Source: Candidatus Hydrogenedentota bacterium | GTDB lineage: Bacteria > Hydrogenedentota > Hydrogenedentia > Hydrogenedentales > SLHB01 | Length of the DNA: 64,000 bases | Direction: 5' to 3' | NCBI GenBank assembly: GCA_963745075.1 | Contig: CAVUWV010000018.1 | Coordinates: forward strand, 290,522 to 354,521 | In this document: positions 18,542 to 27,825 of the stretch, piece by piece | Numbering within the stretch: the first letter of the stretch is position 1 | How the letters are laid out: every line of letters starts with the position of its first letter | The notes under the pieces: generated by a model | What the model saw: the letters and a program-made list of their open reading frames with translations, nothing else | Databases searched by the model: none | What the model was told of the DNA's origin: nothing | Position numbers and translations under genes: made by a program

Positions 18542-19387
18542 TTGCCATTAGCATTGGAGCAATTGGAGAAGCGCGTCGTCGCCATGGCGAACCTCCCCAC
18601 GCTGCCCGGAATCCTCACCAAGATCACCCAAATGACCGAGGGGCAGGAATCCGGGGCGTCGGACGTTGCGCAACTTATTTCCACCGATCAAGTGCTTTCC
18701 GCAAAAGTGCTGCGGCTCGTGAATTCTCCCATCTATGGATTCCCCGGTCGCATCTCGTCGATCACGCATGCGGTCGTGCTACTCGGTTTCAGTGTGATAA
18801 AGGGGTTGGTGCTCGGCACGGCGGTGTTCGATACCTTGGGCGAAGAAGGCAAGGAATTGTGGAATCACAGCCTGGGTTGCGCGGTACTGAGCCGGCGCCT
18901 CGCCATGACCGCAAATCTTGCGGATCCCGAAGAAGTCATGGTGGCGGGTCTGCTGCACGATCTGGGCAAAGTCGCCCTCGCTTACGTAGCTCCGGGGCAG
19001 TACAGCAAAGCGGTACAGACGGCCAAGAAGGACCGGTTATACATTGGCGACGCGGAGCAGGACGTATTCGGCGTATCGCATTCGCGGGTCGGCGGGTGGC
19101 TGTGTGAAGAGTGGCATTTCCCTGCGCGGCTGACGGAACCTCTCATTCATCACCACAGTCCCGAGCGCGCCAAAGCGGGTGAAGATATCGCGGCCGTGAT
19201 ACACATTGCGGACATCTTGGCGCGCGGCATGGGATATGGAGATGCCGGGGACAACGCATTACCCCCGCTGAGCCACGCCGCATTTGACTCCCTCGGCTTT
19301 TCGCTCGAAGATCTGGACGACGTGTTGCAGGAGGCGGAGATGGAATACCAGGCCGGCGCGCAAACGCTGGACAGTGGCAGCGAATGA
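18542..19387 (+). CDS. HDOD domain signal-transduction protein
   Basis: LPTLP, ISTDQVLSAKVLRLVNS, HAVVLLG, WNHS, AGLLHDLGK, W.FP, HHH.P; TTG start with RBS. Confidence 0.93.
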   Translation: MPLALEQLEKRVVAMANLPTLPGILTKITQMTEGQESGASDVAQLISTDQVLSAKVLRLVNSPIYGFPGRISSITHAVVLLGFSVIKGLVLGTAVFDTLGEEGKELWNHSLGCAVLSRRLAMTANLADPEEVMVAGLLHDLGKVALAYVAPGQYSKAVQTAKKDRLYIGDAEQDVFGVSHSRVGGWLCEEWHFPARLTEPLIHHHSPERAKAGEDIAAVIHIADILARGMGYGDAGDNALPPLSHAAFDSLGFSLEDLDDVLQEAEMEYQAGAQTLDSGSE

Positions 19388-20322
19388 CCACGCCCACCAG
19401 ACGTGTCGTGTTGATTGCGGACACCGAACCCGAGAAACGCGCACCGGTTGTCGAGGTATTGAAAACGGCGGGGTATGAGGTTACCCTCACCAGTTCCCCG
19501 CAAGAAGCGCAGCGGGCGTTCTACGCCGACCCGCCCCACTGCATGATCATCCCCTATTCCATGACGTCGGACGCCGGCGACAACCTCCTCAAGGAACTCA
19601 AGAGCGACAACGTGTACGGCCACCTGCCCGCCATCGTGACATTAACGGAGAAGGATATTGCTTCCGGTATCGATTGGCTCACGGTGCCGGCCGACGATTT
19701 TGTCATGGACCCGATCAAAGGGGACGCGCTGCTGGCCCGAATCCAGTTGTGCTGGTCGCGCGCGCTCCGCGACGTGAATGCAAATCCGCTCACGGGCCTG
19801 CCGGGCAATCTTGTGATCGGGCGCGAGGCCGAGCGCCGTCTGGGCGCGGGAGAGGCGTTCGCGTTCGCGTATATGGACCTGGATGGGTTCAAGTCGTTCA
19901 ACGACAGCTACGGGTTTGCGCGGGGCGACGAAATCCTGCGAATGACGGCCCGCGTGCTGGTCAACACGGTGCGTTCTGTCGACCGTCAGAAGACTCATGT
20001 CGGCCACGTTGGCGGCGACGATTTTGTGTTCATCACGCCGTCCGGGCTGATGAGCAAGACGTGCGAACGCGTCATTGCGGCCTTTGATTCGATCATCCCC
20101 GATTTCTACGATGACGCGGATCGGAAGAGCGGCGGCATTGATTCCACCGACCGCCAAGGCAATCCGAAATGGTGTCCCATCGTCACGTGCACCATTGGCG
20201 CCGTAGACACGACCGTGTCCCACGTCAAACACATCGCCGACCTGTTCGGCCGCGTCTCCGAAGTCAAAAACGTCGCGAAAAAATTGCCGGGGTCACGCTT
20301 CGTCATGGATCGCCGGCAGTAG
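19384..20322 (+). CDS. Pseudo-receiver + GGDEF (GGDDF) domain protein
   Basis: REC-like N-terminus; ANPLTGLPGN, DLDGFKSFNDSYGF, HVGGDDF; ATGA overlap with the HDOD gene. Confidence 0.9.
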   Translation: MTTPTRRVVLIADTEPEKRAPVVEVLKTAGYEVTLTSSPQEAQRAFYADPPHCMIIPYSMTSDAGDNLLKELKSDNVYGHLPAIVTLTEKDIASGIDWLTVPADDFVMDPIKGDALLARIQLCWSRALRDVNANPLTGLPGNLVIGREAERRLGAGEAFAFAYMDLDGFKSFNDSYGFARGDEILRMTARVLVNTVRSVDRQKTHVGHVGGDDFVFITPSGLMSKTCERVIAAFDSIIPDFYDDADRKSGGIDSTDRQGNPKWCPIVTCTIGAVDTTVSHVKHIADLFGRVSEVKNVAKKLPGSRFVMDRRQ

Positions 20323-20385
20323 GTTCGCAGGCAGCAAACGTTCCACAACGCATTCCGTCCCGCCTCACGAATTCCGTTACCGAAA

Positions 20386-21666
20386 CTACCGTTGCGAGAG
20401 GGTTCGCCCCAGGCTTTTGATGACTTCTCGCTGGAGGGATGCATAGTCAAGGCGGCAGGATGCGATGAGGGCGTCCTCGGGGGCGGCGCCCTCGGCGAGA
20501 TTCTGCATCAGACCGGCGATACCGCGGTGCCCATACCGATTCCAGAGAAAGTTGGCCGTGGCATGAGCCTGCCGATAGGCGAGTTGCAGCGAGTCCGGAT
20601 CAAGTTTCTTGAGTTGACTCTCTTCCATGTCGTTCAGGGCGAAAAGCGCACCCGCAACGTTGGCCTCATAAAGAATACTGCTGTCGGTACTGGACAGGTC
20701 GTTGGAGAAGGTCTCGGCCAGCCCCTCATTGAGCCACCAGGGAACGTTGTCGCCGGCCCAGAAGCGGATGACCACGTGAGTGTACTCATGGTAGAGACGC
20801 CGCCACAGTTCATCTTGCGGCAAGACCTGCCCCGTCCGATCCCCAATCGGGACCCGGATCTTGCCGTCGTATACGGCCCCCACATGTTCTCCCAATAACG
20901 TGGCCCGCCTGAAATCGTCGGCGGTGTAAACGATTACTTGTATGGGGGTCGGTGGATAGGCGCCACCGAACTTGCGGCCGATATCGCGGTAGGCCCGTTC
21001 AAGAATCTGGAGTACGCGGCTGAGGTCTCCACCGTTGGTTCCCGGAGCAAATTTTACGCGAAAATGCGCGGACTGAGTCTGCCGAAAGCTGGACTCGACC
21101 GCTTCTTCCCGGTAGGCCTTGTCGAGTTTTTCGGCCAGTCCGGACCGGTTGGGATTCATCTCCTGCACGAGTTCCCACTGGGCGAGCGCCGCAGCCAGAT
21201 CGTTGTTCTTGTAGTAGGCGTCGCCGAGCAATTCCTCAACGTCGATGCTCGCCGGATCCAACTCGACCGATTCTTCGAGGCGATAGATGGCCTCGGGCAC
21301 CATGTCGACCCGCAGGTAGTAGGAGCCCAACTGCGCCAGCGGAGACGGGTTTTCCGGTTCGACGCTGATCGCCAGTCGCAAGACATCGATGGCCGTCGAG
21401 AAATCCCCGCCCCGTGCCAATTCGTTGGCTTGCGCCTGATACGCGTTGCAGAGGTTTCGGCGAACGGTCTCGTTCTGAGGCGCCAGGTTATAGGCCGAAG
21501 CAAAGCTCTGGATGGCATCGTCCCACCGGCCCGCGCTGTAGAATTTGACACCGTCCGCGTTGAATTCGACAGCATTCTGCGCCCATGCGGACCCGAGCAG
21601 AACGCACGAAACCAGCATCAGGCATACACCGCGTACGCCCAGGCGATACCTATCGGATGTGACCAT
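20386..21666 (-). CDS. Secreted TPR protein with peptidase MA-like metallohydrolase domain
   Basis: Signal peptide, about 4 TPR repeats, HEYTH and PWWLNEGLAE gluzincin-type motifs. Confidence 0.9.
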   Translation of the reverse strand: MVTSDRYRLGVRGVCLMLVSCVLLGSAWAQNAVEFNADGVKFYSAGRWDDAIQSFASAYNLAPQNETVRRNLCNAYQAQANELARGGDFSTAIDVLRLAISVEPENPSPLAQLGSYYLRVDMVPEAIYRLEESVELDPASIDVEELLGDAYYKNNDLAAALAQWELVQEMNPNRSGLAEKLDKAYREEAVESSFRQTQSAHFRVKFAPGTNGGDLSRVLQILERAYRDIGRKFGGAYPPTPIQVIVYTADDFRRATLLGEHVGAVYDGKIRVPIGDRTGQVLPQDELWRRLYHEYTHVVIRFWAGDNVPWWLNEGLAETFSNDLSSTDSSILYEANVAGALFALNDMEESQLKKLDPDSLQLAYRQAHATANFLWNRYGHRGIAGLMQNLAEGAAPEDALIASCRLDYASLQREVIKSLGRTLSQR

Positions 21667-21671
21667 GCAGC

Positions 21672-22058
21672 TTACTCTGAAAGTAGGGCTATTGCTTCAA
21701 TCTCGACGCGAAAATCCAATGGAAGCCGGCCCGCCTGAATCGTCGTGCGCGCAGGCGGTTCCTCGGCGAAGTACTCTTTGTAAATGGCATTCATCTCACC
21801 AAAATCGTTCATATCGGCGAGATAAACCGTCGTTTTGACCACCCGTTCCATGCTGGACCCGGCATCCTCGATAATAGCTTTCAGATTGTCCAGCGTCTGA
21901 CGAACCTCTTGTTCCAACGACTCGTTCCGCCGACCGCTACCGTCCGGCGCCAGCGCTGCCTGGCCTGACACAAACAGCAGATTTCCAACGGCGACGGCGT
22001 GGGAATAGGGACCCGCTGCCGGCGGGCCGTTCGGAGCAGTAATGCAGCGTTTCTTCAT
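21672..22058 (-). CDS. ridA: RidA/YjgF enamine-imine deaminase
   Basis: GPYSHAV, LFVSGQ, VKTTVYL, PPART, VEIEAIA. Confidence 0.93.
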   Translation of the reverse strand: MKKRCITAPNGPPAAGPYSHAVAVGNLLFVSGQAALAPDGSGRRNESLEQEVRQTLDNLKAIIEDAGSSMERVVKTTVYLADMNDFGEMNAIYKEYFAEEPPARTTIQAGRLPLDFRVEIEAIALLSE

Positions 22059-22231
22059 CGCGATTCCTCTGCGTTGCCGCGGACAACTTCACGCGAATCG
22101 TCCGTCTAGGCGTTGCGCCGCCACGTTCGCACCCAAGTTCCCCGTCGGAGGCGCGCGGCGGGTTAAACTCTTTACAACAACCTACGAAAAGGTATCACAG
22201 GGCCGGTCAATCGTCAAACTGGCGAGGTGGG

Positions 22232-25200
22232 TCAAATGGGGTTCGACGGCCCCGTCTCGGAATGGTCGTTCTGGACCGGTTCAGATTCGGACCGGGACCT
22301 TGCGAGGCATTGGCGAAGGTGCTCGGCACAGTGCCGGATTCCCTGCCCCAGGATTTCCGCGTGATACCCGGGAATCACGTGCACATCGGTACCCCGCCCG
22401 GCCACCTGCCCCCAGCCCAGGGTGTGGTTTCCAACCAGTTCGGGCGGCTGGACTTCCGCACGAAACAAGGTGACGACGCCGTCGAATGGCTTCGCCACGT
22501 ATTGCTTCCAGATCTCGCCGTTGGCGTGCAGCACCTTGAAGATCCGACGAAAAGCGGGGAGCTTCATCATCAGCAAATTGTCTTTTGACACGACATTTGC
22601 AATGCCGGCATGTTTGAAGACGACGTTGGTGAAGGCCCAGCGGAAATAGTCTCGGAGGGAGACCGGACCGTGGCCCGCAGTCTTGCGCCCGCGTCGAAAG
22701 ACCAGATAGAGTCCGTCGATGATGTACGGCTTGAGATGGTACGTATTCAAAATGAAGATGCGGGCGCGCCGCAGCCAGATCCGAAGAAACTTGCCAATCC
22801 CCCCCTTTACGGAAAGATCGGGCGGCGCCTGCATGGCATCTATGATGACCAGGAGTGCGACTTCTTCGTTGCGTTCGCGCAGTTGACGCGCCATCTCGAA
22901 GGCAACCGTACCGCCGAAAGACCAACCGCAGAGGTAATACGGGCCCTCGGGCTGACGGCTTTGCATAACGTCTACATAGTGGGTGGCCAGGTCCTCGACG
23001 GATTCAAAGTTGGGCCGGGTCCCTTCCAGCGCTGGATCCTGCAAACCGAACAAGGGCTGGTCCGGGCCGAGAAGCGGGGCAAGATTGTAGTATGGGAACA
23101 AGACGCCCCCGGCCGTCGCAACGCAGAATAACGGGGGCAAAGTGCCATGGGATTGAATCGGCACGAGGGTGAACGGGGTATCGTCCGGCGCAACGGGTTC
23201 TTCCCCGCGCTCCCCTTGAATTAAGGCTGCCATGCCCGCAACAGTCGGGTTTTGAAAGAATCGAGTGAGCGGAACATCCACGCCATACCGATCGCGAACC
23301 GCCGCCATAATGCGAACCGCGAGAAGGGAATGACCTCCGATGGCGAAGAACCGATCTTCCACGCCGACTCGCGGCAGATGCAAGACTTCGGCCCAAAGCG
23401 CAGCGACTTCATCTTCCAACGGTGTACGTGGCGCGACGAAGGCCGCTGAAACCGATGTGGCGTCCGGCGCGGGCAAGGCACGACGGTCAACTTTCCCGTT
23501 TGGGTCCAGCGGGATCGCTTCCACGGAAACAAATACGGACGGAATCATGTAATCGGGAAGCGTGCGTTGCAGAAATCCGCGAAGCGTACCACTGTCCGGC
23601 ATGGGTCCATCCCCCGTCACAAGGTATGCGACGAGACGCTTTTCCCCTGGTTCATCTTCACGCAACAGAACGACTGAATCCCGGACATCCTCGTGCGCGT
23701 TCAGTGCCGCCTGGATTTCACCCAATTCGATGCGGAATCCACGAAGTTTTACCTGGCCATCGATGCGTCCCACAAACTCGATGGCGCCGTCATCAAGATA
23801 CCGCGCGAGATCTCCCGATCGATACAGTCTCGCTCCGCTCCGGTATGGATCCGGCACGAATGCCGCAGCAGTGAGTTCCGGCTGGTTGTGGTATCCGAGG
23901 GCAAGCCCCGGACCGCCGATATAGAGTTCCCCAGGCACGCCCGCCGGCGCGGGCAAGCGGTCGTCGCTCAGAATGTGCGCGTAACTGTTCGAGATGGGCT
24001 TGCCTATTGGTACCGTTCGCGCATCCTTTGCAACCTCGTTCACTTCGTAGTATGTCGTGAAGGTCGTGTTTTCCGTTGGACCGTACACGTGCAACAAATG
24101 ATGAGGCTTGCCGTGCTCGACCACCCGCCGGATCGCACCCGGGTCGCAGGCTTCGCCCCCGAAGAGCAGTACCCGAAGCGCCCGAAACGCGTCGGGCTGG
24201 ATGCGAACGATCTGATTGAACAGGGCCGTCGTGAGAAACAGGACGGAGATCTCGCCGGCCGCAATCGTTTCGGCGAGCGCCGTGGGCATCAATGCAATGT
24301 CTTGCGGAATGCCCACCAACTCCGCGCCATTCAACAAGGCGCCCCAGACTTCAAAGGTGGCCGCGTCAAAAGACGCGTTCGAGGCTTGCGCGACGCGATC
24401 CGCCGAATCGATCGTGATGTAGTTTGTATGCCGCGCCAACCGTACGACCGCGCGATGCGGAACTGCAACCGCTTTCGGAACGCCGGTGCTCCCCGACGTA
24501 TACATCAGGTACGCCAAGCTGTCCGGCCCCGCTGGACAGGTTAGCGGCGTATCGTCTTTGCACGCGATCGAATTCCAGTCGCGGTCCAGGCATAGCACGT
24601 GGCCTTCAAACGGCGGCAGCCCTGAAACACACGACACCTGCGTAACCAACACGGTGAACGCGGCATCTCGGGCCATCATCTCCAGCCGTTCGGCGGGATA
24701 GGAAGCGTCGAGTGGCACGTACGCGCCGCCGGCTTTGAGAATCCCCAACATGCCGACGATCAGATTGGGCGACCGTTCAAGGCACAGGCCAACGGGCACA
24801 TTCGCACCGATTCCGCAATCTCTTAGATAACGCCCCAATTGATTCGCGCGCCGATCCAACTGGGCGTACGTAAGCCGGTCCTCGCCATAACGGACCGCCG
24901 GCGCATTGGGACTTTGACAAGCCTGTTCCTCGAACAGTTCCGGGAGTAACGCCGGTTGAGGCAGAGGGATTTCCGGCGGGTTGAAGTCGTTCAGAATGTG
25001 GCGCGTGTCCGCGTCGGTCAGTACATGAAGCGCCGAAACCGAAGTCTCGGGTTCATCCAGCACGCAGTCCAAAAGCCGAAGAAAATGTTGAACCGCCAAG
25101 TCGCGCCGCGCTGCGTCAAACACGTCGGCATCAAAATCGAAATAAAGCGAAATCTCGCCGGACTGGGTGAAATCGTGGGCCTGCAACACAAGCCGTTCGG

Positions 25201-26296
25201 TCCCATATCCTGGATTGATCCACTCCTGCTCGGCGGGCAAACCGTTAAAGGACGAGAACTGTGCGATCTGATAATTGAACAAAACGTCAAATGTCTGGGT
25301 TCCCACGCCTTCCAATCCGGCGAAAGGACGGTGTTTCACACTTTCGGACGCTTCACGGCCGATTGCAGCGACGAGGTCGGGAAAGGTTGCGCCGGAACCG
25401 ACCGCGATGGGTAGCGGGACGATGTCGATAAACAACCCCGCGGTCGAGCGATCCGTGTCCGATTCGCGGCCGTGGTGCGGCATTCCAATCACAAACCGCC
25501 GTTCCCCGGTAATACGAAGAAGAAAGACGGACAGCATCGCCGCGATGATGTTGAACAATGTGATGCGTTCGGTCCGGCATTGAAATGTTTGCGACTGCGC
25601 GAGGGTGCGCAAACGATTCGACCGTTCGATCCCGAGCGGCCGCGACATGCGAAGAACCCGCGCCGGCATCGACGTGCCGGCTACCCCATAGAAACTGGGG
25701 GCGTCCGGTGCATCACGGAGCCGGTCCCGCCAGTACTCTGCACGCTCTTCCACGTTGGACGGTGACTCCGCGGTCCGGCGGCAAACGTATTCCCGGAAGA
25801 GCGGGCCGGGCTTGGAGGTCTCGGTAGCGTACGCTTGCGCAACGTGTTGAAACACGATGGCCGTAGACGTCGCGTCACAAATGATGTGGTGCTGATTCAA
25901 AAACCAGATGTAGAGATCTTCCGCAAGCCGCAACAATCCGGCATCAAAACAACAGCGCTCGATGTCCATGCAGCGCGACACGCGCTCGCCCACCCATTCC
26001 CGGGCGCATCGCTCGGGATCGGATTCGCCGGAGAAATCCACGACCGCGACGGCATAGGGGAACCGATCCAGCACGCGCTGAACCGGCGCACCGTCTCGCA
26101 GGGTAAAAACCGTGCGCAGCGCGTCACAATTGTCCACGGCCCGTTGAAACGCGTGTTGAAACCGCATGGCATCCACACGTTTGCGTAACGTGAACGTATG
26201 CGCCATATTGTAAAGGGGAGTGCCTTCGTGCAGCCGGTGGCCGGCCCAGAACAGCGCCTGCAACGGTGTCAGCGGATATGCGTTTACAGATTCCAT
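22232..26296 (-). CDS. Single-module non-ribosomal peptide synthetase (C-A-T-TE)
   Basis: C: QHHIICDA. A: YTSGSTGVPK, SFDA, YGPTE, YRSGD, GRIDGQVKLRGFRIE, NGKVDR. T: FFAIGGHSL. TE: GWSFGG and IPGYH. Confidence 0.97.
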   Translation of the reverse strand: MESVNAYPLTPLQALFWAGHRLHEGTPLYNMAHTFTLRKRVDAMRFQHAFQRAVDNCDALRTVFTLRDGAPVQRVLDRFPYAVAVVDFSGESDPERCAREWVGERVSRCMDIERCCFDAGLLRLAEDLYIWFLNQHHIICDATSTAIVFQHVAQAYATETSKPGPLFREYVCRRTAESPSNVEERAEYWRDRLRDAPDAPSFYGVAGTSMPARVLRMSRPLGIERSNRLRTLAQSQTFQCRTERITLFNIIAAMLSVFLLRITGERRFVIGMPHHGRESDTDRSTAGLFIDIVPLPIAVGSGATFPDLVAAIGREASESVKHRPFAGLEGVGTQTFDVLFNYQIAQFSSFNGLPAEQEWINPGYGTERLVLQAHDFTQSGEISLYFDFDADVFDAARRDLAVQHFLRLLDCVLDEPETSVSALHVLTDADTRHILNDFNPPEIPLPQPALLPELFEEQACQSPNAPAVRYGEDRLTYAQLDRRANQLGRYLRDCGIGANVPVGLCLERSPNLIVGMLGILKAGGAYVPLDASYPAERLEMMARDAAFTVLVTQVSCVSGLPPFEGHVLCLDRDWNSIACKDDTPLTCPAGPDSLAYLMYTSGSTGVPKAVAVPHRAVVRLARHTNYITIDSADRVAQASNASFDAATFEVWGALLNGAELVGIPQDIALMPTALAETIAAGEISVLFLTTALFNQIVRIQPDAFRALRVLLFGGEACDPGAIRRVVEHGKPHHLLHVYGPTENTTFTTYYEVNEVAKDARTVPIGKPISNSYAHILSDDRLPAPAGVPGELYIGGPGLALGYHNQPELTAAAFVPDPYRSGARLYRSGDLARYLDDGAIEFVGRIDGQVKLRGFRIELGEIQAALNAHEDVRDSVVLLREDEPGEKRLVAYLVTGDGPMPDSGTLRGFLQRTLPDYMIPSVFVSVEAIPLDPNGKVDRRALPAPDATSVSAAFVAPRTPLEDEVAALWAEVLHLPRVGVEDRFFAIGGHSLLAVRIMAAVRDRYGVDVPLTRFFQNPTVAGMAALIQGERGEEPVAPDDTPFTLVPIQSHGTLPPLFCVATAGGVLFPYYNLAPLLGPDQPLFGLQDPALEGTRPNFESVEDLATHYVDVMQSRQPEGPYYLCGWSFGGTVAFEMARQLRERNEEVALLVIIDAMQAPPDLSVKGGIGKFLRIWLRRARIFILNTYHLKPYIIDGLYLVFRRGRKTAGHGPVSLRDYFRWAFTNVVFKHAGIANVVSKDNLLMMKLPAFRRIFKVLHANGEIWKQYVAKPFDGVVTLFRAEVQPPELVGNHTLGWGQVAGRGTDVHVIPGYHAEILGQGIRHCAEHLRQCLARSRSESEPVQNDHSETGPSNPI

Positions 26297-26520
26297 TTGA
26301 ACTCGGAAATAACGACGAATTATGCCCCTGTGAAGCTCAGACCCATAGGCGCAAAGTATCCCGACGATTCACCAGCTTGTCAACTTTTCGTCGCGCGGGA
26401 GCCGGCGCGGCACGTTACGTAAAACCCATGGTCTATTGACGTTGTTCGGGATAGGACGGGATGTTATACTCGCAGACGACAGGTTGGAAGGAGGACTACG
26501 GTTGCAGGAAAGGTCCGTTC

Positions 26521-27477
26521 ATGGAGCTTGAACTAGTGTCGGTGGGCTTGGCCTGTGCGGAACGTCGTGGCCCGGCCTGTTGACGCCCTTCCCGAACGCG
26601 GAAAGTTGTCGTTGATACCCCAGTTAGAAATCCACCTCGGGGGCTTGGCCGGAGTGACGGCCGCCGTCTATTCGGCTCTCGGCGGCCGGGCCGCTTTCGT
26701 CGGAGCGTTGGGGTCGGATGGTTTTGGCGACTACGTGAGCGGTTCGCTGTCCAGTCGCGGGGTTGACGTTAGTCATGTGAAACGCGTCTCCGAACACGGT
26801 ACGGCCGCGACGGTCGTACTCGTGAGCGACGATGGAGAACGGTCCTTCCTGCATCACGCGGGATGCAGTCAGTCGTTGGTCGAAGGGGACATTGATTTTG
26901 AGTTCGTCCGCCATGCCCGCCATATTCACTGGGGGGACCGGCGGTCACCGCCGGATTGGATGGCGCCCCGATGGCGCGCGTTTTGAAGAAGGCCAAGGAT
27001 CTGGGTTTGACGACCTCGATGGACACGTGTTACGACGGTTCCGGCACGTGGCTCCCACGGATCGAACCGTCACTTCCGTTTTTAGATATTGTCATGTCAA
27101 GCCTGGAAGAGGCCCAGATGTATACCGGACGCGAGGAACCCGAAAACATTGCGGATTTCTATCGGGACTTCGGTCCGGAAACTGCAATGATCAAATTGGG
27201 CGAACAGGGGATGTTCGTCAAGGACAGCAACGGCGTGGTACGGCTGCCTGCGCACAACGTCGATGTCCGCGACACGACGGGAGCGGGCGACGCGTCGTGC
27301 AGTGGTTTTTTGTACGGATTCCTGCGGGGTTGGGACACCCAACGCAGCGCAGTCTTCGCGAACGCGATCGGGGGAATGACTGTCCAGGCCATGGGCGGCT
27401 CCGAGGGGGTCCATTCATTGGATGATGTGCTCGCTTTCATGAAAACCAGCCGGGTCGAAGTTGAGGTAAGGTCTTGA
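26521..27477 (+). CDS. PfkB family carbohydrate kinase, interrupted by two frameshifts (probably sequencing errors)
   Basis: MELELVSVGLACA[D]VVARP...GALGSDGFG...GERSF...HWG[GP]...DTTGAGDA; extra A near 26561 and one G missing in the run 26931-26936. Confidence 0.85.
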
Positions 27478-27522
27478 ATGTTGTCGACCGCTTTCCGACG
27501 ATAGCGGCGGATTGCAGGGGAG

Positions 27523-27816
27523 ATGATTTTGATGAAGAACATGGTGTGGGTCGCCGTGCTCGCGGCGTTTTCACTGGCGTGGTACGCGCAGGGTCAAGTA
27601 TCACAATCGGAACTCGGGAATCCGGGCGCGCAGCCGCCTCGGCAAGCGCAGCCTGCTCCTCCCCAACCGGTTGTCGCGCCTCCGCCGCAACAACCGGCGC
27701 CCAAAGCCGCGCCAAGCACGCCTGAACCGGCGCCGGCGCACGAGGTGCACGATCGAAACCGGGTCCAGTCCGACAAACCCGTCGCGGCCTTCTGGACGGT
27801 CTTACCGGGGAGGTAA
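27523..27816 (+). CDS. Small secreted Pro/Gln/Ala-rich protein
   Basis: Signal peptide, low-complexity body, short C-terminal motif VAAFWTVLP; 9 bp upstream of the lptD-like gene. Confidence 0.7.
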   Translation: MILMKNMVWVAVLAAFSLAWYAQGQVSQSELGNPGAQPPRQAQPAPPQPVVAPPPQQPAPKAAPSTPEPAPAHEVHDRNRVQSDKPVAAFWTVLPGR

Positions 27817-27825
27817 TCGCGGGAT

